Shown here: positions 48,901-56,948 of the stretch, one piece after another | Layout of the letters: every line of letters starts with the position of its first letter | Position numbering within the stretch: the first letter of the stretch is position 1 | Notes under the pieces: model-generated | Databases searched by the model: none | Seen by the model: the letters and a program-made list of their open reading frames with translations, nothing else | Told to the model about the DNA's origin: nothing | IMG/VR virus record: IMGVR_UViG_3300037502_002662 | Location: 1 to 56,948 of that record | Direction: 5' to 3' (one strand) | DNA length: 56,948 bases | From: a virus | Taxonomy: Duplodnaviria; Caudoviricetes | Made by a program: the position numbers and the translations under genes

Positions 48901-49768
48901 AAATATTATAATCAATTTTATAGATAATACAATAGCTAGTATTAATCAATGGATAGTTGATGTAGTAAATGGTATTATAAACTGGAAAGATAATGTTATT
49001 AATGTATTTGTTATGTGGAAAATAGACTTAATTGAGCTTATAAATAATACGGTTAATAGAGCGTATTCAATAATAATAGATACTTTAAATAATATAAAAG
49101 ATAGGGTATCTATTAGTCTAACAGATATGTATACAACTGTTGTAGATGCTTTTGATAAAATAAATGAATATATTACAACAGCAGGAGATACTATGAAGAC
49201 TATATTTGATAATATATGGGAGAGTATTAAAATAGCTGCTAAAAAAGCCTGGAAAAGCATATTTGAAAGCATATCAGGATTTATAGATAGTATGATAGAA
49301 AAAATAGGCGATCTACTAGAAAATATTGCAGAAGCCGGAGAAAAAGTAAACGAATTCTTCACCTCTAAAGGTAGTAGTGGAGGTGGCGGAAGTGGAACCA
49401 GTAATGCAGGAGGTTACCAAGCTGCAGCAGTTGCAAGTGGTGTTGTATCTAGTGATTGGAGTTCACCAAGTCCTCCACCTAATTTTGGTTTAGCTAAAGG
49501 TGGTATTGTACGCAAGCAAATATTTACCAGACTAGCTGAAAAGCAAAAAGAAGCCGTTATACCTTTATCAGAGAGTGGTTTAAGACCTCTTGCTAATGCT
49601 TTATTAGATGTTATGGGTCATAGTATAAATAGTGCAACTCAAACTGTTGTAGATAAAAGGCCTTTATATGTAGGAACTTTAATAGCTGATGAACGAGGTT
49701 TAAAACAGCTAAACCGTAAATTAAGAGTAATAGAACTACAAGAGAAGCAAAGGAGGGGAGACGCTTGA
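45965..49768 (+). CDS. Tape measure protein
   Basis: 1267 aa; RTPF..LLAMG, GIPIY, periodic Trp repeats, LAKGGIV. Confidence 0.93.
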   Translation: MAKNHKIAELFANLSLNMDSYKKSMQRVRRVTRVTASKLNKEFRQNVGMAIKETEDDMKRFSIRSSRYIKDVSRVVTGILISQAFYSLLRRIRSATREIVEFSMEVERAMVSFTVLLGSVEKATGFMYALEEFTARTPFQMRESILAAQQLLAMGYPIQSIIPVLRQLLDAAAILGGSKDVLNRIVLAMGKIQATGIVSARELRSLAKAGIPIYQIMKEQLNLTDEQIAKIGDLRISAEQGIAAILRGLNRVKGASILISRTLPGLLSTVKDNLLLIGKDLTRGIYNNVKSFVKSLVGYLDVFRKIIRENGLGALLKELLPKTMYKEIVRIANAFNLLWRSAKKMVVVYKDIFKSITKLAIKISSFLLPVFATLIDKITSLYYWVNKNIPVLKDLVALFFSLMIAGNVATLVKGLAKALMILNVATYVTKAIRGLTWAIKGLFLVMSSHPIGFAIAAAVTLFGVFVSRIKEVRIAISKLKKSLADFAGFDPHILKPIGKQDVDTTGEYNKKYEDTVKITDKVGQAAKKASKEVKSFLANFDEVVTIPDKKSSGIEEAFNEMSDVDTKIPNIDLQGLNLEELTLPTLTKIYNTFTGNLKEFIKNIIGAIKNGYNKAIKFIKGLGPETLKNLNNWKDTTLRSVTDFIARIIAKILLFNEDSIKTFTEWYHNLLNTLNKFGSFAWSTLKEAFKRLKNIFTDWSYESLTSWIEWCFSMLGEFRSLFGELVKVASDGVIRILGHILGFSDDTVQAIIDWKDNIINVFVDWSNETLKSFSKFITGTMKFFKDWRTKTIVEIYGWYKDALSGFNTWFLQTLAIFTTWDNKVIEKIQTWIADVKAKFEEWKSNTLQIILSWSNDFDTAVAAVIDNTILGIIQWKDNMIANFQLWLLNTKMIFIDFVTNTIQFFQNWREITIGQLISWSKSTMKTLSNWVINTLTTFLIWDTDIRSLIQGWIDNIKAKFNSWKDNTITTFKEWDAKIENIIINFIDNTIASINQWIVDVVNGIINWKDNVINVFVMWKIDLIELINNTVNRAYSIIIDTLNNIKDRVSISLTDMYTTVVDAFDKINEYITTAGDTMKTIFDNIWESIKIAAKKAWKSIFESISGFIDSMIEKIGDLLENIAEAGEKVNEFFTSKGSSGGGGSGTSNAGGYQAAAVASGVVSSDWSSPSPPPNFGLAKGGIVRKQIFTRLAEKQKEAVIPLSESGLRPLANALLDVMGHSINSATQTVVDKRPLYVGTLIADERGLKQLNRKLRVIELQEKQRRGDA

Positions 49769-50109
49769 TTTTAAAAATTGATGGTGTTAAGATTAAAGAG
49801 CCACATGAATTTAATATTGAACGATATGATATAACTAAGGCAGAGCGTCTCGCTTCTGGTAAAATGGTAATGGATTTAATTGCAAAGAAAAAGAAATTTA
49901 TATTTAATTATAATGTACTATCTGGCAAAGCTTTACAGGCTTTATTAGATTTAATTGACACGGATAAAATGTTTCATGAGTTTACTTATGAAGAAAATGG
50001 AGTATTAAAAACTACTACCGTTTATTCAAGTCCTATTAAGTACCAAAAGTTTAGAACTTCAATGGGATGGTATTGGAAAAATGTATCATTTAGTTTAATT
50101 GAGCAATAG
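49765..50109 (+). CDS. Distal tail-like protein
   Basis: R..SGKMV.D.IA.K, SFSLIEQ; follows TMP. Confidence 0.7.
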   Translation: MILKIDGVKIKEPHEFNIERYDITKAERLASGKMVMDLIAKKKKFIFNYNVLSGKALQALLDLIDTDKMFHEFTYEENGVLKTTTVYSSPIKYQKFRTSMGWYWKNVSFSLIEQ

Positions 50110-50120
50110 GAGGTGTCTTC

Positions 50121-50288
50121 ATGGAAGATAAGTCAATAGTAAGAATAAAAACAAGAAGACGTATATTAAAATATAAAGAGGGGCAGAACCCAGAAGTCGA
50201 CGAACCTTATGAAGTAGACGTTAAAGAAGAAATTCTTACAGGTGAAGAAGCTGAAAGGTTTATAAAAGAATTAGGAGGTGCTAAATAA
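50121..50288 (+). CDS. Small acidic protein (55 aa; absent from ORF track)
   Basis: AGGAGGTG RBS; MEDKSIVEIKTRRR..ELGGAK. Confidence 0.7.
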   Translation: MEDKSIVRIKTRRRILKYKEGQNPEVDEPYEVDVKEEILTGEEAERFIKELGGAK

Positions 50289-50668
50289 TGGCATTAACTA
50301 ACGCTGGTAGAGATTTTATAGCAGGCGCCATAATTGGCAATGAGGCTACTTTATTTGACAATACTAATGCATACATTGGTGTAGGTGATAGTAACGCAGC
50401 CTTTAGTGCTGCACAAACAGACTTACAAGGTACTAACAAGTTTAGAAAAGGCATGGATACAACCTACCCACAGATATCTGGTAATGTAATTACTTTTAAA
50501 TCAACATTTAGTGGAGATGAAGCTAATTTTGCTTGGGAAGAGTGGGGCGTATTTAACGCTGCCTCTGGAGGTACTATGTTGAATAGACTTGTCGAATACA
50601 ATGGTACTAAACAATCAGGACAGACTTGGATATTTGAAGTCGACATAACTGTTGAAATTGGTGCTTAA
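50288..50668 (+). CDS. Tail/baseplate structural protein
   Basis: YIGVGD..QTDL, ANFAWEEWGVFNA..GTMLNR. Confidence 0.7.
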   Translation: MALTNAGRDFIAGAIIGNEATLFDNTNAYIGVGDSNAAFSAAQTDLQGTNKFRKGMDTTYPQISGNVITFKSTFSGDEANFAWEEWGVFNAASGGTMLNRLVEYNGTKQSGQTWIFEVDITVEIGA

Positions 50669-50687
50669 TAAATAAGGAGGGAGGACT

Positions 50688-53600
50688 TTGAAAGTCATAA
50701 CTACAAAGCAAGCAAATGGGAGCTTTAATGGACAGTTAATTAATAATATTACTAGTTCATCAAAAAGTTGGTTCTCCCTTTCTAATAATCAACTTAACGG
50801 TAATTATTATCCAATACCAAGTAGTCCTACTGAGCTCCCTTCTCATATAGGCATATGGACAAGCAGTCTTGAAGAAGAGACATCTGGAATTAAGATTGTA
50901 GGTGACTCTAACTTATCAAATGGTGAGAATGTAATACTTATACAAGGAAACTGGTCAGCTGGAATGCATTATGCCACTGAAGAGGATTATGGAGAAGTAC
51001 GTGATGATGGTAGTTCAGTTACAGGCAAGCATTATTGGAGATGGTGGCATAATAGTGGCTCTGGTAACTGGATGGGCTTATTTGGTAGGTATACTCAACA
51101 ACTACAGGCTGGAAAATGGTATAGAGCTTCTGTTTATGTTAGAAGTAATTATACTGTAACAGTTGCTCCATTTTTAATCTATACGGGTGATGCAAACAAT
51201 GTTCGTCCTATATATACTATAACACAACGATATAAATGGGAACGCATAGCTGTATCCTTTTATATGGACCCTTCGTATAATAATAGTGGTAGACCTTACT
51301 TATATGGTCATTATGGACCTGCAGGAACTTATATAGATTGGGATGGATATTTACTAGAAGGTCCGTTTGACAATGATCCAGGTACTGAAAATGTGCCACA
51401 CCCTGAACAGGAAATAGGTTTCATAAGTGGCTATGGAACCAAAAAAGCATTTTACTTTGATGGCCAAGATGATTATATAGAGCTTCCTCAACAAATAATA
51501 TTGAATAAAGATAACGCAAGAATTAAAGCTAGCTTTTATGTAGACGATTTTACAGCACATATTGATAGGGCCAATAGCGTTGCTTTCTTAACACGTGATT
51601 ATGCTACCTACTCGTTTATAGGCCTAATGGAAGGTCGTTTACATTTTGAAACCGATACCAATAATGATGGAGGTTATTTATATTCTAACTCTATAACTAC
51701 GGGTCAGTGGTTTGATGTTGAAATCGAATTTGTTAATGGTACTGCAAATTTATATGTTAATGATGCATTAGAAGATAGCTTAACTATAACTGATAATATA
51801 ACTGTAGGTTTTATAGGTAAGTGTTTACCAGATAGTAGTTTTCAATCATATTACCCAAGTTGGTATGATGGTATGATAAAAGATATAGTAATTGAAACAA
51901 ATGGAGAAGTAGTGTATAATACTAAAAACCTACAGGAGGACCTAGGAACTTTATATGGTGTCACAAAAGTCGATGATGGTACAGGAAATATTGTAAGACC
52001 TTCACTAACTGCGGACGGTATTAGCACTATACAAATACCACTAACATTACCTGATAATGGTACTATCGAAATGTGGTACTATCCTGAACAATTTTATAGT
52101 TACAATACACTATGGGACAACTCTATTGACCCTAATGTTTGGAAATGTTGGATAGATTCAACTGGAGTATTACAGGCTAGATTAAATACCGCATATGTTA
52201 GTTGCGATTTAAACAATTTAGGCGGTGTTAAATCTTGGTATCATATAGCTTTTACTTGGGAGAAAACAGGTAATATATCGTTGTTCGTAGATGGTAATTT
52301 AATAGAGAGTACACCTATAACTGGTTGGGTAAATCCGGGAACTTATTTCTATATTTTCGGTGGTAATTCTGGTAACACTAAAGGGAAAGGAATATGCCAC
52401 GACTGTAGAGTGTGGAATGTAGCTAGAACCCAACAAGAAATACAACGCGATATGAATAAGCCTTTGGCTGGAGATGAAACAGGCTTAATAGGTTATTGGA
52501 GATTAGATGAAGGTTCAGGTGATGTTGCATATGATTTAACATCCAATGGAAATAATGGCGTCATCTACAATGGTACTTGGACCACAACACAAGCACCAGC
52601 GGTACTTCGTTTACAGGATACCAGATCCATACACACCTTAAGATTAGCAGGTGATAATAATCTTAACGCTTACCCAGTGGACTTTGATATACAATTATAC
52701 GATAATAGTGGTAATAAATTATACGAAGAGAATGTAACAGATAATAACATAGTAGAATTGACTAAGCAATTACCACAGGTATACGATATAGGCACTATGG
52801 ACATCAGTATACATAAAGTAAATAATGCAGCGTTCATTACCGAAATTTCTAATATATTTGATTTTAGTAGAACAGACAGTATAAAACCTAAAACTTTAAC
52901 AACAAATTTAGTTGGTATAAGTATAAACAGTCAAGATAATATAAAATCAAAAATTAATGATACAGTATCACAGCATAACGTAGAATTATCATCACTAGAT
53001 AGTATACTCTACAAAATTGTAAATAGCTCATTCTTTAGGCAGTATGAATTTAAGTCTTCCGATGTAACTACTACGCGAGTGTCAGAAAATAAAGAAATAG
53101 TAGTAACTTTTTCTACAGGAGATTCATTAACACTTACAACATCACAAGTAAAAGATATAATAGTTGAAATATTAAAATCGGACCCACTTATCGTAAGAGA
53201 AGACATAGAATATAATGAAATTACAGTTGATTTAAGTTCTAATGATATTTTAAAACCTCTAACAGCTGACTTATCTAATCCTACCAACGTTCACACTAAA
53301 ATGGATGAGCCCTTTAGAAAAATATACGGTAAAGTGGAGATAACTTATACAGACCCATTCCTAGACGGAGACTTAACAATAAACGCCTCAGAGACAAATA
53401 GAGCAACAAATGTAAAAGACGTTTCAGATGGTTTTGATACAGTTGAGCATAAATACTTTTCGTTACACAACAACAAATTAGATGGTACGTATCATCCAGT
53501 ACCTACACAAGAGCCTGTTGGGTGGTGGAATAACACTTTATCAAATGGTACAGGTATGTTCGATCAACCCCCACAGATAACCGTAACTTTTGAGACACCG

Positions 53601-55121
53601 AGACCAGTAGTTAACTTAAAGGTTGCGGGAGATAACCAGCTCAATAATTATCCTGTAGATTTTACAATAGAATTATACGACGCTAGTAACACACTACTGC
53701 ATTCAGAGCAAGTTGTAGATAATACGCAATTAATATGGAATAAAGCAATATCAGAAGTTCAAAGTGTAGCTAAGCTAGTTCTTACTATAAGTAAAATAAA
53801 TAAGCCATATAGTGTTGCAAAGATTACAGAATTTTATACAGCTGTAAGAGAAACATATTACAATGATGATATAATAGATATAGATTTATTAGAAGAACTT
53901 GAATACCCTACTGGTACAATAAGTATCAGTGCTATATCAGCAAATGAAATAGATATAACACTAGATAATAAGAACAATAAATTTAGTGAAGGTAGCACAA
54001 TATCATCTGTATGGAAATACTTAAAGAAAAATAGAAAAGTCAAGGCTTGGTTAGGTGTAGAAATCATATCAGGAGAAATAGAATGGTATCCGTTAGGAAC
54101 TTTTTGGACCACGCAATGGAATGTGCCTACAAATCGATCTGTAGCTCATGTTACTGCGAGAGATATTTTAGAACTTATGAGATTTACTGATTTTGAAACG
54201 TCGCAAGTTTATGTAAATTATACTTTGTATCAACTATTCGAATTGGTGCTGCAAGACTTTGGTTTAACTAATGAGGAATATATTATAGATGATAACTTAC
54301 AAAATATTATTATACCATATGCTTGGTTTGAAAGAGATACTCATAGAAAAGCTCTAGAGAAACTAGCTAGCTGTGCCTTAATACAAGTTTATTGCGATAG
54401 ACAAAATAGGATTGTGGTAACTCCTAACAAATCTACAAATACTTTAATGTATGTCTATGCTGACGATGTAAATATATTTGATAAACAATTCCCTATGGCA
54501 TGGTCAGAAATAGCGAACTATGTAGAAGTAGAATCTATAACATATAAGCAAGGTACGCAGCAAATAGTATACGAAGACAATAGTACCATAGATATAGGAC
54601 CTGGAGAGTCCATCACATTAACTTACACTTACTCTATGATACCTGTAATGAATGCTATACAACCTATTATAACAGGGGGTGCTGATATTGTAGTAACTCA
54701 ATTTAATTCATACGCTTGGGGCGCCGAAGTAACTTTTACTAATAATGGTACCTCATCGCAACAAATTACTTCTATAACAATTGAAGGTACACCACTACAA
54801 GAAAGTGGTAGAACTATATGTGTGGCTAAGGACGAAACACTGATTAGAGAAAATGGAAAAATTAAAGCTACCTTATCAAGCGATTTTATACAAAATACTT
54901 CATATGCCCAACAGTTGGCTAATGAAGTACTAGATACATTTAAAGATGCTAGACAGGATATAGAACTAGATACTAAAGGCAATATAGCACTTAAACTACA
55001 GGATAAAATTAAAGCACCGGGTCAAGTCGAAGGTAATACAAATTATTACCTTGTGAGTAGACAACAGATACATTGGGCAGGAGCATTATCTGCTCAAGTA
55101 ATAGGAAAGAAAATTTCATAG
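50688..55121 (+). CDS. Large tail hub/adhesin protein with carbohydrate-binding and LamG-like inserts
   Basis: WYRASVYVR/WERI CBM-like; FDGQDDYI, WYHIAFTW, RVWNVART, GLIGYWRLDEG LamG; internal duplication. Confidence 0.8.
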   Translation: MKVITTKQANGSFNGQLINNITSSSKSWFSLSNNQLNGNYYPIPSSPTELPSHIGIWTSSLEEETSGIKIVGDSNLSNGENVILIQGNWSAGMHYATEEDYGEVRDDGSSVTGKHYWRWWHNSGSGNWMGLFGRYTQQLQAGKWYRASVYVRSNYTVTVAPFLIYTGDANNVRPIYTITQRYKWERIAVSFYMDPSYNNSGRPYLYGHYGPAGTYIDWDGYLLEGPFDNDPGTENVPHPEQEIGFISGYGTKKAFYFDGQDDYIELPQQIILNKDNARIKASFYVDDFTAHIDRANSVAFLTRDYATYSFIGLMEGRLHFETDTNNDGGYLYSNSITTGQWFDVEIEFVNGTANLYVNDALEDSLTITDNITVGFIGKCLPDSSFQSYYPSWYDGMIKDIVIETNGEVVYNTKNLQEDLGTLYGVTKVDDGTGNIVRPSLTADGISTIQIPLTLPDNGTIEMWYYPEQFYSYNTLWDNSIDPNVWKCWIDSTGVLQARLNTAYVSCDLNNLGGVKSWYHIAFTWEKTGNISLFVDGNLIESTPITGWVNPGTYFYIFGGNSGNTKGKGICHDCRVWNVARTQQEIQRDMNKPLAGDETGLIGYWRLDEGSGDVAYDLTSNGNNGVIYNGTWTTTQAPAVLRLQDTRSIHTLRLAGDNNLNAYPVDFDIQLYDNSGNKLYEENVTDNNIVELTKQLPQVYDIGTMDISIHKVNNAAFITEISNIFDFSRTDSIKPKTLTTNLVGISINSQDNIKSKINDTVSQHNVELSSLDSILYKIVNSSFFRQYEFKSSDVTTTRVSENKEIVVTFSTGDSLTLTTSQVKDIIVEILKSDPLIVREDIEYNEITVDLSSNDILKPLTADLSNPTNVHTKMDEPFRKIYGKVEITYTDPFLDGDLTINASETNRATNVKDVSDGFDTVEHKYFSLHNNKLDGTYHPVPTQEPVGWWNNTLSNGTGMFDQPPQITVTFETPRPVVNLKVAGDNQLNNYPVDFTIELYDASNTLLHSEQVVDNTQLIWNKAISEVQSVAKLVLTISKINKPYSVAKITEFYTAVRETYYNDDIIDIDLLEELEYPTGTISISAISANEIDITLDNKNNKFSEGSTISSVWKYLKKNRKVKAWLGVEIISGEIEWYPLGTFWTTQWNVPTNRSVAHVTARDILELMRFTDFETSQVYVNYTLYQLFELVLQDFGLTNEEYIIDDNLQNIIIPYAWFERDTHRKALEKLASCALIQVYCDRQNRIVVTPNKSTNTLMYVYADDVNIFDKQFPMAWSEIANYVEVESITYKQGTQQIVYEDNSTIDIGPGESITLTYTYSMIPVMNAIQPIITGGADIVVTQFNSYAWGAEVTFTNNGTSSQQITSITIEGTPLQESGRTICVAKDETLIRENGKIKATLSSDFIQNTSYAQQLANEVLDTFKDARQDIELDTKGNIALKLQDKIKAPGQVEGNTNYYLVSRQQIHWAGALSAQVIGKKIS

Positions 55122-55132
55122 GAGGTGTTTAA

Positions 55133-56305
55133 ATGACCTGGCAAGAACCTAAAACAGATTGGACATCTGCAGACGGTGTAACAGATGCAGATCTTAATAG
55201 GATTGAGGGGAATACAGAGGAGGTAAAAACTGATTTAGATAATCACAAAAGTGATACAGCAAATCCCCACAATGTAACGGCAGCCCAACTAGGTGGTTCT
55301 AGTATATTAGCACAACTAAAAACTGTAGACGGTTCCGGTAGTGGATTAGATGCAGATTTATTGGATGGTAAGCAGACATCTTCAATAGGAAACAGATGGG
55401 ACGTAGTACCTTTTATAGGTTTCGACGGAGTAATGGAAGTTGGAAAGTATATAGATTTTCACGAAAGTGATACAGATACTAGTGATTACAGCGTAAGAGT
55501 ATTTTCAGAATCCGGTATTTTATATATAAATGGTAATAAAATTTGGCATAAAGGTAATGATGGAAGTGGTAGTGGATTAGATGCAGATTTGCTTGATGGA
55601 TGGCATAGAGACAGTATAAGAAATTGGAATAATATACTAAATAAACCTGCCACATTCACACCTTCCGCACACCAGCACGCTGGTGGAGATATAACAAGTG
55701 CTGTTGCAAATGCAGTAAATGTTACAGGAGAGGTAAAATCAAGTGCAAAAATATATGGAAAAGTAGGGGAATGGGAGTTATTTAAGGATGTAGGAGAACC
55801 TATCTCACAATTCGCTAGTCCAGGTACTAGTCCTCAAGGATTAGCATGGGATGGAACTTATTTATGGAACGCAGACAATGATACAGACCAAATTTATAAG
55901 TTAAATACGACAGGTACTATTATCTCACAATTCGCTAGTCCAGGTACTAGTCCTCAAGGATTAGCATGGGATGGAACTTATTTATGGAATGCAGACAATG
56001 GTGCAGACCAAATATATAAGTTAAATACGACAGGTACTATTATCTCACAATTCGCTAGTCCATATGCTTATCCTCAAGGATTAGCATGGGATGGAACTTA
56101 TTTATGGAACGCAGACAATGATACAGACCAAATATATAAGTTAAATACGACAGGTACTATTATCTCACAATTCGCTAGTCCAGGTACTAGTCCTCAAGGA
56201 TTAGCATGGGATGGAACTTATTTATGGAACGCAGACAATAGTGCAGACCGAATTTATAAGTTGGATACAACAGGTACCTACCACTTAGTTGTTAAAAAAC
56301 AATAA
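55133..56305 (+). CDS. Tail fibre / receptor-binding protein
   Basis: WQEPKTDW, 2x DGSGSGLDADLLDG, C-terminal 40-aa propeller-blade repeats PQGLAWDGTYLW. Confidence 0.85.
   Translation: MTWQEPKTDWTSADGVTDADLNRIEGNTEEVKTDLDNHKSDTANPHNVTAAQLGGSSILAQLKTVDGSGSGLDADLLDGKQTSSIGNRWDVVPFIGFDGVMEVGKYIDFHESDTDTSDYSVRVFSESGILYINGNKIWHKGNDGSGSGLDADLLDGWHRDSIRNWNNILNKPATFTPSAHQHAGGDITSAVANAVNVTGEVKSSAKIYGKVGEWELFKDVGEPISQFASPGTSPQGLAWDGTYLWNADNDTDQIYKLNTTGTIISQFASPGTSPQGLAWDGTYLWNADNGADQIYKLNTTGTIISQFASPYAYPQGLAWDGTYLWNADNDTDQIYKLNTTGTIISQFASPGTSPQGLAWDGTYLWNADNSADRIYKLDTTGTYHLVVKKQ
55801..56278 (+). repeat. Four 120-bp tandem repeats in the fibre gene
   Basis: Units start at 55801, 55921, 56041, 56161. 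Confidence 0.95.
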
Positions 56306-56320
56306 AAAGGAGGAATTAAA

Positions 56321-56770
56321 ATGTATTATAAACTTCAAATTTCAATGGAGGGGAATAATTTTGTATATCCTGTCAATGATATTAGTAAAATAAAAGGTGC
56401 AAAGTATAGAAAAGATTTTAAAGAATGTGTTTGTATGTATACAGAACAAATAGTAGGTGAAGGAATAGAAGAAATTACAGAAACACAATATAATACTTAT
56501 CCTAATTGCCGAATAAACGTAAATAAACAACAAATACAAGGAGATGGGATAGATATTGCTAAAATAACTGTTATATTGCCTTCAAGCATAGCAGATGAAC
56601 AAGTTAATTTATTCGTTGATGGAGAGCTTATAGACTTTGCTTTAACAGATACAAATAAAGTTATTTTTGAACTTGTAGCAGATGAAACAATGTTAGGTGA
56701 TATATTAGAAATCACAGCAGAATCTACTCATTGGAAAAGAAGTGAAAAAGTGTTGTTGGAGGTGATTTAA
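56321..56770 (+). CDS. Tail-associated hypothetical protein (possible fibre chaperone)
   Basis: Follows fibre gene; AAGGAGG RBS. Confidence 0.6.
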   Translation: MYYKLQISMEGNNFVYPVNDISKIKGAKYRKDFKECVCMYTEQIVGEGIEEITETQYNTYPNCRINVNKQQIQGDGIDIAKITVILPSSIADEQVNLFVDGELIDFALTDTNKVIFELVADETMLGDILEITAESTHWKRSEKVLLEVI

Positions 56771-56771
56771 T

Positions 56772-56909
<138 letters not shown>

Positions 56910-56948
56910 GTGGAAAAAAGTGATTAAACAAAATTTACCAGAATTTAC

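Noticed and set aside
8666-54982. Many minus-strand ORFs inside long + strand genes (e.g. 8666, 10740, 40071, 48064)
   Set aside because: Antisense shadows of real genes; no RBS or recognisable motifs
55133-56770. Complete DGR in this genome
   Set aside because: No reverse transcriptase, Avd or non-coding template repeat seen

Overview
This window looks like a complete, circularly permuted genome (~56.8 kb) of an AT-rich tailed siphovirus-type phage. Bases 1-134 reappear at 56818-56948. The host is probably a spore-forming, S-layer-bearing Firmicute (Clostridia-like), inferred from the SLH, YyaC-like, AbrB-like and sigma-factor genes. No integrase, repressor cassette or reverse transcriptase was recognised. 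Layout: lysis cassette with an S8 protease-SLH protein (0.1-2.4 kb); replication and nucleotide-metabolism arm (2.7-23 kb: SNF2 helicase, sigma factor, ligase, RNase H, SSB, DnaG-MCM primase-helicase, YqaJ, dUTPase, ThyX, kinase, HNH-dCMP deaminase, PolA); a decaying accessory zone (23-30.7 kb); a mostly non-coding, repeat-rich island holding the only credible minus-strand genes (30.7-35.4 kb); packaging, head and tail genes (35.4-56.9 kb). The main signals outside the ORF track are: (1) two twister ribozymes with a compensatory P2 change, each just 5' of an RBS; (2) a candidate sRNA combining a tRNA minihelix with an anti-Shine-Dalgarno tract, in a genome where many replication-arm genes use AAAGGGGG and structural genes use AGGAGG; (3) two inverted 9-bp iteron arrays almost opposite each other on the circle; (4) a thrice-repeated covarying palindrome; (5) an island of permuted paralogous basic proteins among two families of DNA repeats next to terS; (6) DGR-like adenine-biased variation among tail-fibre repeats with no RT in the genome. 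All calls are by-eye motif recognition; no searches or folding were run.
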